64,000 nucleotides of DNA from Alistipes sp. (GTDB taxonomy: Bacteria; Bacteroidota; Bacteroidia; Bacteroidales; Rikenellaceae), in assembly GCA_017937765.1 (NCBI GenBank), contig JAGBCY010000003.1, forward strand, positions 40,550-104,549, in the 5' to 3' direction. Position 1 is the stretch's first letter, and the number at the start of each line of letters is the position of its first letter. Shown here piece after piece: positions 10,089 through 18,554 of this stretch. The translations under genes were made by a program, and so were the position numbers. A model generated the notes under the pieces. The model was given only the letters and a program-made list of their open reading frames with translations. It ran no database searches and was not told the DNA's origin.

Positions 10089-11513
10089 TTAGAATCTAAA
10101 GTCGCGCTTACCCTCGATGATGGCCTTGAGGTTCTCCTCGGTGATGCGGCGTACCTTCTCCGAGGGAATTATCTGTGCCTGCTCGGCTATCATCTTCTTA
10201 CCCAGTAGCTTAACGTTCGGTGAGGCGTAATCCTCGAGGTACTCGGCGAGGGTCATCAGTGCATTCGGGGCGCAGCAGTTGCCGATAAGGCCGCGCTTTG
10301 CTAACGACATAAACCTATCGCCCGTGCGTCCCTCGCGGTAGCAGGCCGTGCAGAAGCTCGGCACGTAGCCCAGCTCCAAGAGCCAGCCCACGATCTCGTC
10401 GAGCGTGCGGTTGTCCGAGATGTCGAACTGTGCCGACTCCTCAGCATCCTCAACTCCCTCGGCATAGCCACCGACGCTTGTCTTCGAGCCGCCGCTAAGC
10501 TGCGATACACCCACGTCGAGCACAAGCTCGCGTGAACGGCGTGACTCGCGTGTCGATACGATCATACCGGTATAGGGTACCGCCAGGCGCAACACAGCGA
10601 CGATACGGCGGAATACCTCGTCCGTGACAGCATCGGGGAAGTCCTTTGGGTCGATGTCGCTCGCTGGACGTATGCGTGGCACGCTGATGGTGTGGGGACC
10701 TACGCCAAAGCGAGCCTCGAGGTGCTCGGCGTGCATAAGGATACCCACAACGTCGTAGCGGTAGTTCGTGAGTCCGAACAACGCACCCACGCCCACATCG
10801 TCGATGCCTCCGAGCATCGCGCGATCCATCGCCTCGGTGTGGTATGCCCAGTCGCTCTTGGGCCCCGTCGGGTGTAGCTTCTCATACGTTGCACGGTCGT
10901 AGGTCTCCTCGAAGAGGATATACGTGCCGATGCCGGCATCCTTCAGGCGTGTGTAGTTCTCGACCGTCGTTGCCGCGATATTTACATTCACGCGGCGAAT
11001 AGCTCCATTCTTGTGGTGTATAGAGTAGATGGTGTCGATAGACTCTAAGACATACTCAATGGGGTTCTTTGTGGGGTGCTCGCCCGTCTCCAGAGCTAAA
11101 CGCTTGTGACCCATATCTTGCAGGGCGATCACCTCGCGGCGTATCTCCTCCTGCGTGAGCTTACGGCGCGGGATGGTGCGGTTCTTAGCGTGGTAGGGGC
11201 AGTATACGCAACCGTTTATGCAGTAGTTCGAGAGGTAGAGCGGTGCGAACATCACTATGCGGTTGCCATAGATGCGTTGCTTGAGCTTGCGCGCGATGTC
11301 GTACATACGCTCCTCGACCTCTTTGTCCTCAACCTCGATAAGCACAGCAGCCTCGCGATGCGATATACCGTTGCCCTGCTCAGCCTTCTTTAGTATCTCC
11401 TCGATGAGGGCACGGTCGTTGCGGTGCTCGCGCGCAAACTCCAGCGTTGCGCGTATCTCGCCGTCGTGGATAAACTCGGCGGCGTGTTCCGATCGTACGT
11501 TATATTCTGTCAT
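10089..11513 (-). CDS. hydG: [FeFe]-hydrogenase maturation radical SAM protein
   Basis: FAPLYLSNYCINGCVYC; GPHTISVPR; C-terminal FCTACYR...NCC auxiliary cluster motif. Confidence 0.95.
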   Translation of the reverse strand: MTEYNVRSEHAAEFIHDGEIRATLEFAREHRNDRALIEEILKKAEQGNGISHREAAVLIEVEDKEVEERMYDIARKLKQRIYGNRIVMFAPLYLSNYCINGCVYCPYHAKNRTIPRRKLTQEEIRREVIALQDMGHKRLALETGEHPTKNPIEYVLESIDTIYSIHHKNGAIRRVNVNIAATTVENYTRLKDAGIGTYILFEETYDRATYEKLHPTGPKSDWAYHTEAMDRAMLGGIDDVGVGALFGLTNYRYDVVGILMHAEHLEARFGVGPHTISVPRIRPASDIDPKDFPDAVTDEVFRRIVAVLRLAVPYTGMIVSTRESRRSRELVLDVGVSQLSGGSKTSVGGYAEGVEDAEESAQFDISDNRTLDEIVGWLLELGYVPSFCTACYREGRTGDRFMSLAKRGLIGNCCAPNALMTLAEYLEDYASPNVKLLGKKMIAEQAQIIPSEKVRRITEENLKAIIEGKRDFRF

Positions 11514-12570
11514 CTTCCGTAGTTTTAGTGTTGTTAAAATCGCCTCGCGAGTAATCTATGTGGTAGCCTATGGTCTTTAGCTCCTCCTCGAGAGCTGCTA
11601 ACCCTTCGGCTGCCTCCTTACCCCACGAGGCCTTATTCTCATATATGGCATACTTGGCCCTCACGTCCGATGGTGATAGGTTGGGCATCACGACGTTGGC
11701 ACCCGAGAGGATGCCCTCCAGTCGCCCTTTGGGTGTGAGCGTTGCTAAGGCCGTGGTCGAAGGTATCAGTGCGTGAGGTAGCATCAGTCGTACAATTGCC
11801 ACGGTGGCCAACGTCAACCGCAGGTCACCCGCGGGCTCGGAACCTAAGGGTGTTGCGTGGTGCGGAAGGAAGGGGCCTATGCCCACCATCTCGGGTTGCA
11901 TCTTGGCTATTAGTTGTAAATCCTCGACGATATGCTCTATGGTCTGACCCTTGACGCCAATCATCATCCCCATACCCACCTGATATCCCGCGCGCTTCAG
12001 GGCCTCGAGACAGCCTAAGCGGTGCTCCAAGCCGCGGCCTGCAGGGTGAAGAGCGTCGTATAAGTCGCTATTTGCCGCCTCGTGACGCAGCAGGTAGCGA
12101 TTGGCACCCGCGCGCTTGAGACGTATGTACGACGCTTCACTGCGCTCGCCAAGCGATAGCGTGATGGCCACATCGGGATATTGGCTGCGCATCAAGCATA
12201 GCAGCTCCTCGAGCCACTCGTCCGAATGCGTGCCATCCTCGCCGCCCTGGAGCACAAAGGTGCGGAAGCCTAAGCGGTAGCCCTCCTTGCACGAGAGCAT
12301 CACCTCGTCGGCCGTGAGCCTATATCGCTCGGCCGTGCGGTTGCTACGCCTGAGGCCGCAGTAGAGGCAGTCGCAGCGGCAGAAGCTCGACAGCTCTATG
12401 AGACCACGTATATATATGCCGAGTCCGAACTGCTCGCGGGCAGTTCGGACGGCACTATCGCGAAGAAGTTGAAGCACGCGGTCATCCGTGGTGCACTCCT
12501 TAAGTAGTGCACTTAGGCTCTTGGCGTCGAGCCCATGGTCGGTGGCCAGCTGCTCAACTAACTCCTTCAT
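11500..12570 (-). CDS. hydE: [FeFe]-hydrogenase maturation radical SAM protein
   Basis: RGLIELSSFCRCDCLYCGLR, VLQGGED, RYLLRHE, GANVVMPNLSP. Confidence 0.93.
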   Translation of the reverse strand: MKELVEQLATDHGLDAKSLSALLKECTTDDRVLQLLRDSAVRTAREQFGLGIYIRGLIELSSFCRCDCLYCGLRRSNRTAERYRLTADEVMLSCKEGYRLGFRTFVLQGGEDGTHSDEWLEELLCLMRSQYPDVAITLSLGERSEASYIRLKRAGANRYLLRHEAANSDLYDALHPAGRGLEHRLGCLEALKRAGYQVGMGMMIGVKGQTIEHIVEDLQLIAKMQPEMVGIGPFLPHHATPLGSEPAGDLRLTLATVAIVRLMLPHALIPSTTALATLTPKGRLEGILSGANVVMPNLSPSDVRAKYAIYENKASWGKEAAEGLAALEEELKTIGYHIDYSRGDFNNTKTTEDDRI

Positions 12571-12572
12571 TC

Positions 12573-14021
12573 TTATCTCTTTTTCAACTCGGCGTCGAAG
12601 GTCTTTTTACCGTCGCCGTAGGCTGTGTGTACACTCGGGCCTGAGATACAACCACCGTCGCAGACCATCACCTCGATGAACTGTGCCGGAGCCTTGCCGG
12701 TCTTGCCGTATGCCTTCAACAGGCCGACGTTCTTCTTGTTGAGGCCAGCGATCTGCAACGTCGTAAAGTCGAGCTTGCCATCGACGAGCTCCTTAACTGC
12801 AGCCGTAACGCCACCATTCTCAGCGAAGCCGTGTGCCGAGCGGCGCGATGCGCAATCCACGGGGTGGATGTTGGCCTCGCCGAGCTCGATGTTCATACCT
12901 CCGAGGATGGCGTGTACCTCCTCGTAGGTGAGCACGAAGTCAACCTTGCCCTCCAAGCCCTCGCGGCGTACCTCCTTACGCTTGGCGATACAGGGGCCTA
13001 CGAATACGAGCTTCGCGTTGGGATACTTCTCGCGTGCGAGCTCTGCGGTGTAGATCATCGGCGAGTATGTCGACGAGATATACTTCTTCAACTCGGGTGC
13101 GTGCTTTGCCGCCATCTCCATATACGACGGGCAGCACGACGTGGTCATAAAGGGCTGACCCTCAGCCATCTTCTCCGCAAACTCGTGTGTCTCCTTCTCT
13201 GTTGTGATCTCGGCACCGCGTGCCACCTCGATAACATCCTTGAAGCCGATGGCCTTGATTGCGCCATATACCTGCTCTGTGGGGACGTTGTACTGCGAGA
13301 GGATCGAAGGTGCTACCATAGCCACAACCTCCTCGCCATTACGTATAGCCTTGAGGATATCGAATACCTGCGAGATCTCGAAGATAGCACCGAAGGGGCA
13401 GGCGTTCATACACTTACCGCAGTAGATACACTTCGACTCGTCGATGTGCTCTACGCCATACTCATCCTTCGAGATTGCGCCTACGGGGCAAGCCTCCTCG
13501 CAAGGCACGGGGATGTAAACGATGGCGTGATAGGGGCAGGCAGCGAAGCATTTACCGCAGCTGATACATATCTTGTGGTTGATCTTACCCTGCGATGTGT
13601 CGGGGTCGAACTCGATCGCGCCCTTGGGGCAGGCGTGCTCGCAGGCACGTGCCACGCAGCCGCGACAGAGGTTTGTGATATCGTAGTTCGTGCGCACACA
13701 CGACGAGCAAGCCTCGTCGATCACGCACATAATGTTGTCCTTGATCTTCGTACGATCGAGCGTCATCTTGGCATAGTCCGAGAGGGGCATAAGCTCATCC
13801 TTCTCGTCGGTCATATCCCATCCCAAGAGGGGTAGTGACTTGTACTTCCATACGGCGCGCTCCTTGTGGATGCAGCAACGGCCACGCACCTGAGAGTTAC
13901 GGGGACTGAACTCGATGGGCACTCGGTCGATTTTCTCCACGAGCTGGCCCTCATTCCAGAGGCTCACGAGCTTTGTGAGGAGTCTCTGGCGCACGATCAT
14001 AACGTTATTTTTAATTGCCAT
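12573..14021 (-). CDS. hydA: Monomeric [FeFe]-hydrogenase, group B-like, with ferredoxin domains
   Basis: H-cluster motifs TSCCP, GPCIAKRKE, EVMVCDGGCISGP; several CxxCxxCxxxCP motifs; directly upstream of hydEGF. Confidence 0.92.
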   Translation of the reverse strand: MAIKNNVMIVRQRLLTKLVSLWNEGQLVEKIDRVPIEFSPRNSQVRGRCCIHKERAVWKYKSLPLLGWDMTDEKDELMPLSDYAKMTLDRTKIKDNIMCVIDEACSSCVRTNYDITNLCRGCVARACEHACPKGAIEFDPDTSQGKINHKICISCGKCFAACPYHAIVYIPVPCEEACPVGAISKDEYGVEHIDESKCIYCGKCMNACPFGAIFEISQVFDILKAIRNGEEVVAMVAPSILSQYNVPTEQVYGAIKAIGFKDVIEVARGAEITTEKETHEFAEKMAEGQPFMTTSCCPSYMEMAAKHAPELKKYISSTYSPMIYTAELAREKYPNAKLVFVGPCIAKRKEVRREGLEGKVDFVLTYEEVHAILGGMNIELGEANIHPVDCASRRSAHGFAENGGVTAAVKELVDGKLDFTTLQIAGLNKKNVGLLKAYGKTGKAPAQFIEVMVCDGGCISGPSVHTAYGDGKKTFDAELKKR

Positions 14022-14048
14022 ACGCTAAAAGTTGGGTTTTCAATTGAG

Positions 14049-14081
14049 CAAAGATAATAAATTTTACTCTATTACTGCAAA
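14049..14081 (-). promoter_or_regulatory. sigma-A promoter for the hyd operon
   Basis: TTTG(14078-14081)-N21-TATCTTTG(14049-14056) on the minus strand. Confidence 0.65.
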
Positions 14082-14209
14082 CTTATTGCTCTTTTTTCTT
14101 CGCGCCTATCACTTTTGTACTCTTTGTGGTTATTTCCGCCACTCAAATTTCGCCAATTGCGGCACGAGTCGGCTATGGCATTATTGGTGTAAAGTATATG
14201 TTGCGGCAT

Positions 14210-14237
14210 AAAAAAACTGCGCCCCGCGGGGCGCAGT
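14210..14237 (-). terminator. Intrinsic terminator ending the DUF6562-like lipoprotein array
   Basis: ACTGCGCCCC/GGGGCGCAGT stem followed by a T-tract on the minus strand. Confidence 0.75.
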
Positions 14238-14248
14238 ATAAGAAATCG

Positions 14249-16090
14249 TTATAGGCTTGTATATTTATTACAGTTAGCTACTGTAAGTTTCTTTCCATCA
14301 ACAGTTACTGTACCTTCATTATCAACAAACTTTACAATATAAGCTTGACCTATATAGTTGTAGGTACTATTATGTTTATCATGCCTATTAGTGCATTTAG
14401 AAGATGAATCTGCTCCGCTATTAGTAATGTTTATTGTACCAGTGGCGCGGATATTACCTATAAGAGTACTTACGTGTCGACCTGGAACAAGATAATATCC
14501 AAGTCCTTCAATTATACCTTTCACAATCCAACCGGCATCAATAGTTGCCATTTTATCATCCTGCCCGTATGCATATATGATTGTGCCTTTGGTCCAACAA
14601 TTTGTAATAGTAGAATTACCTTGAATAAATCCGAACATACCACCGACCTCACCATATGGGTAGAAATCAGCATATACATTGTTTACGGTAACACCTGCCA
14701 TTGATTTGCTACCTGATTGGAATCGTTCGTTAATCTTACACTCATAATTCTCCACATAGCAGTTATTTACCGTGCAGTTGTTTAGTGTAGATGTTCCAGC
14801 TATGCGAGCACCGAGAGTTCCGACCTTCTGTAACGCAAAGACCTTGCAGTCATAGGCGTGGACGTTCTCCATTGTGTAGTTCGCATCAACATTCGAAACG
14901 AGGATAGCTCCATATGCCTTTGCGTCTGTCGCAACGGGCTTGTGTACGCAAACAGTGCAGCAGTTTCTAAAGTTGATATTTTTATGTACTGTTGTGCCAT
15001 TTGCATAGAGTATAAATGCTGCTCGCTCCTGCTCTATCTGCGAAATGCTAAGATTCCAAATAGAGTAGTTGTTGTTTGCATCCTTTGCTCCGTCAAGTGT
15101 GGTGACGTAGCTAAATGGATCAAAGTGGTTGTCATCAGCACTTGAGTATGCGCTCTTTGTAAAGTTCGATGGTACATTATACTTGCCATCAGTACCCTGA
15201 CCATTCATATCTATATCCGACTTTAGATAAATGGCTGATGGACTTGCCGTTATTTTGCGCACACCAGCCAAGTCAAACGGCGAGTAGATAAGGTATGCCC
15301 CGCTATCATCAGTCATAGGTGTGATCGTCTTATTGCCGTCCCACTTAATCTGCATACGGTGGTCCTCAAATTTTATCACGCCACGGTTGATCTCCTCGTC
15401 GCCAAGCCAGCCGTTGTATTTAGTGAAGTCAAAAGCACTATCGCCCTCGTCGAGCCACTGAGCATCGTTATCCTCGGTATATGGCGACACAAAGTCCGTA
15501 ACGGCGCAGTTTGCGTCAGCCGAGCAATCAGCGTCGAACGACAATATCTCGTCGTCATTATAGCCGTGCATACGGCCCACGAATATGCCCTCGTCGAGTG
15601 TGCCGTTGGACTTAACGTTCTCGAGGTCGCAGTTGATGAACTTCACTTCAAGAGCGGGGCCTTTGCCGCCTCCGATGTAGCCCACAACGCCACCAGCAGC
15701 ACCATCACTCGTGGTTGCCGACGAGTTCTTGATGGTGATATTCTTGAACGTGGCGTTAATGCCGACTCTATTGACAAGCACGCCCACGTGGCCACTATTC
15801 TCAATGGTGGCGTCCTCGATGTTTAGGTCGTGGATGTTGATCTCATCGATATAATTTGCATCTGTGTTAGGGGTAAACAGCGCGTCGCCAGCAATAGCAA
15901 AGTTAGATATCTTATGGCTTGCACCGTCAAACTCGCTTACCCATACGGGGAATGGCTTTACGGTGTTGCCACCCATATCCATATTGCAAGTGATACGTAC
16001 CTTATACTTTCCCTTCGTGTCTCCATTTTGTAGCACCCACGCGAGCTCCTCGGTATTGTTCAGCACGAGCCACTCGCCGTCGTCGGTCAT
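14249..16090 (-). CDS. Beta-helix-like surface protein; probably the C-terminal portion of a split lipoprotein gene (with 16095..17084)
   Basis: No signal peptide; FDGASHKISN, AAGGVVGY and GGMFGFI GLUG-like motifs resemble the C-terminal part of the 18555..21779 protein. Confidence 0.65.
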   Translation of the reverse strand: MTDDGEWLVLNNTEELAWVLQNGDTKGKYKVRITCNMDMGGNTVKPFPVWVSEFDGASHKISNFAIAGDALFTPNTDANYIDEINIHDLNIEDATIENSGHVGVLVNRVGINATFKNITIKNSSATTSDGAAGGVVGYIGGGKGPALEVKFINCDLENVKSNGTLDEGIFVGRMHGYNDDEILSFDADCSADANCAVTDFVSPYTEDNDAQWLDEGDSAFDFTKYNGWLGDEEINRGVIKFEDHRMQIKWDGNKTITPMTDDSGAYLIYSPFDLAGVRKITASPSAIYLKSDIDMNGQGTDGKYNVPSNFTKSAYSSADDNHFDPFSYVTTLDGAKDANNNYSIWNLSISQIEQERAAFILYANGTTVHKNINFRNCCTVCVHKPVATDAKAYGAILVSNVDANYTMENVHAYDCKVFALQKVGTLGARIAGTSTLNNCTVNNCYVENYECKINERFQSGSKSMAGVTVNNVYADFYPYGEVGGMFGFIQGNSTITNCWTKGTIIYAYGQDDKMATIDAGWIVKGIIEGLGYYLVPGRHVSTLIGNIRATGTINITNSGADSSSKCTNRHDKHNSTYNYIGQAYIVKFVDNEGTVTVDGKKLTVANCNKYTSL

Positions 16091-16094
16091 AGGC

Positions 16095-17084
16095 TCAACG
16101 AGCGCAGCCGCTCTCGAACATCTCGCCGCGGAGCGTCGTCAGCCAGCCGCGCTTCAGAGGTATTGCCATAGTGGGGGCGATGGTGCTCACAGGCTCGGCG
16201 TTGTCGCCCTCGTAGAAGTTGGCGGCAATTGTCGATGTCGTTGCGTTGCCATCTGCGTCGACTGCGGGCCAGAGCAGGTATGCCGTGATGAACGACTGCG
16301 ACCACTCGGTAGCACCGGCCGCGGGGGTCTCCTCGTTGTATTTCTCAAAGGCGGTACGCGCACTAAGCATCGGCGCGCTGAGCGATGGGGTAGTCTCGCC
16401 CGTAGCGATATTGAAGCCCGTATAGAACTTCTCGGTCTGGAGTGTCGCGTTTGTCGCCGTGGCACTTGCCGCATCGGTAGCAATCATACGCAACTTTGCA
16501 ACTGCGCGCTGAACGCTGAATTCTGTATTCCACGTCGTGGCAATCTCGCCAACGTTTACCGTGCCCTTACCAAAGAAGGCATCGTACGACTCGTCGTTGA
16601 TAACAAGCGTGGGGCTATCGCCGGCAAGCGTGATTGCCGGGAACTCCTCTGTGTTGTAGTGGAGGTCTGCGGTAGGCGCACTCTTTAGAACGTAGTCCGC
16701 CCAGAGGTAGATGTCGAACCTATGACCCGTGGTTAACGGCAGGCCGACGTCAACGCTGATATTGCCACTCTCGATATCGTCCTGATCCTTGTAGTCGACA
16801 ACTCCCGTGGCGTACTCGCCAGCGAATGTGTCGCCCTCGGCACCGTATGCCTTGATGATTACGCGAAGCTCGTACTCTTCCCAGTCGACGTTGGTGATAC
16901 CGCCCTTCGCGCTATTTTCGGCACGTGTCGTACCGCCTAACTCGGGGAGGGTTGCGGTGATCTTTACGGTCTTGATCTTGCCCTCAGAGCCTGCGCCCGA
17001 GGTGTTGATGTCGGCATCCGTGGTACAGCCTACGCCGAGGAGCAACGCTCCGACGAGTAGTGTGAGTAATCCTCTTAGTTTCAT
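16095..17084 (-). CDS. DUF6562/fimbrillin-like lipoprotein, N-terminal module (probably frameshifted)
   Basis: Lipobox LLGVGC; TRA motif; YELRVII, YLWADYV, YDAFFG, LRMIATD, IPLKRGWLTTLRG, parallel to the two upstream paralogs. Confidence 0.7.
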   Translation of the reverse strand: MKLRGLLTLLVGALLLGVGCTTDADINTSGAGSEGKIKTVKITATLPELGGTTRAENSAKGGITNVDWEEYELRVIIKAYGAEGDTFAGEYATGVVDYKDQDDIESGNISVDVGLPLTTGHRFDIYLWADYVLKSAPTADLHYNTEEFPAITLAGDSPTLVINDESYDAFFGKGTVNVGEIATTWNTEFSVQRAVAKLRMIATDAASATATNATLQTEKFYTGFNIATGETTPSLSAPMLSARTAFEKYNEETPAAGATEWSQSFITAYLLWPAVDADGNATTSTIAANFYEGDNAEPVSTIAPTMAIPLKRGWLTTLRGEMFESGCAR

Positions 17085-17420
17085 TATCTTGCTTTCTTTT
17101 TATTATCAACGTTTGTCACGATTGCATTGGCTTTCGAGACCGTGGGTCGCCACGTTGCGGGCTGTGTGCTACGTTCGAAGCGTTGCCTGCGTTGTGGCGG
17201 TATATATCGTACGGGTCTGCAGTCCGTAGGATTTTCAATTTCGGGGGCCGTATGTCGGCCGTGCGCGATTGGGCGCAAAATTCTCGTCGCTCGCGACGAT
17301 GGTGTTTCCCCTCGGTGTGGCCTCGGCCTCACCTGTTGGGATGTTGTTAAGGCTTTATGTTACGTTGCGTAGCTCTGTCGTTGGGGGTGAGTTGCCCCAC
17401 CCCTCGACAGAAGTAAGAGA

Positions 17421-18467
17421 TTAAGGATTCGTCTGCTTGGGAACCCAGTTGCCGTAAGTGTCCTGCTCGGCCTCAACCCAATTGCCGTTAGTGTCCTGCA
17501 CGTATACAGCCTCGCCACCAGTGATGGTGTCGCTAACGTCGCAACTGATAGATGCGGGGTTAGTAAGACCTGCGCCCATAATAGTTGTGAGCTTGTCGGT
17601 TACTACGGGAATGTCGGTTACCACGTTCATCGTGTAGATGTCGGCAGTATCATCCTTTACCTTAAGTTCGAATTGGATAACATCACCTGCAAAGAGGTAT
17701 GCAGTAAGGAGTGTACGCTTAGCACCATTATCAGTCTCGTCGCCGTAGAGCACCATAGGTGCAGCAGCAGCCTCGCTAAATGTTGCCTTGTTTCCATCCA
17801 CGCTGCCTGTCAAAAGGTTATAAGCCTTTGTCATCGCAACGCTACCAGTGCTAAACACAACGTTATCGGGATACTGATAGAATGACAACTTGTCGGCATC
17901 GGTAGTTACCACGCGGAGCTTACCCAATGGACGTGTAAGTATGAAGTTTACCGTGCGCTGCTCGTCATTAATCGTTGCCGAGCCGCAGTAAGCATCGCAA
18001 CTCTCGTCGTTGATGGCAATCTTGCCCTGCATATAGTTGATTGATGCAAAGCTTGCCGTGTTGTAGTGGTAGTCGTAAGACTTAGCAGCGTCACGCTCAC
18101 CATCAACCTGGGGAACGAAGTCGGCCCAAGCATATACCTTGTATTCGCGGCCTGCGGTGAGGTCAATCGACTTCTCGAAGTTACCACCAGTGGGGCAATA
18201 CTCTACGATACGAGGACGCGCCCTCTTCTGGGTGTTAGCATCATAAATCTCGATCTGGTAGCGAAGGTCGTACTTGTCCCAGTCGATGTTTGTAAGTCCA
18301 CCCTTAGCACTACTCTCGTTTGTGGTACGAGTCTCGATCTCGGGGAGGCTGATCTTGAACTCCACGGTTCTCTCGCCGTCGAAGCTAACGTTCAGGCCGT
18401 TCTCGGGCTCAGCGCACGCTACGAAGCCTGCCGCTGCAGCCAAAAGCCAAAGTTTGTTTAGTTTCAT
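17421..18467 (-). CDS. DUF6562/fimbrillin-like lipoprotein
   Basis: Lipobox GFVAC; ETRT; YDLRYQIEIYD, YAWADFV, LTRPLGKLRVVTTD, IPVVTDKLTTIMG. Confidence 0.75.
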   Translation of the reverse strand: MKLNKLWLLAAAAGFVACAEPENGLNVSFDGERTVEFKISLPEIETRTTNESSAKGGLTNIDWDKYDLRYQIEIYDANTQKRARPRIVEYCPTGGNFEKSIDLTAGREYKVYAWADFVPQVDGERDAAKSYDYHYNTASFASINYMQGKIAINDESCDAYCGSATINDEQRTVNFILTRPLGKLRVVTTDADKLSFYQYPDNVVFSTGSVAMTKAYNLLTGSVDGNKATFSEAAAAPMVLYGDETDNGAKRTLLTAYLFAGDVIQFELKVKDDTADIYTMNVVTDIPVVTDKLTTIMGAGLTNPASISCDVSDTITGGEAVYVQDTNGNWVEAEQDTYGNWVPKQTNP

Positions 18468-18554
18468 ACCTATATATATTATTATAGGGTTATTTTTAGG
18501 GGAAATTCAAACCCTCTGCGGGGTAGTTGCCCACCCCGCGCGGGTTAGAGGGGA

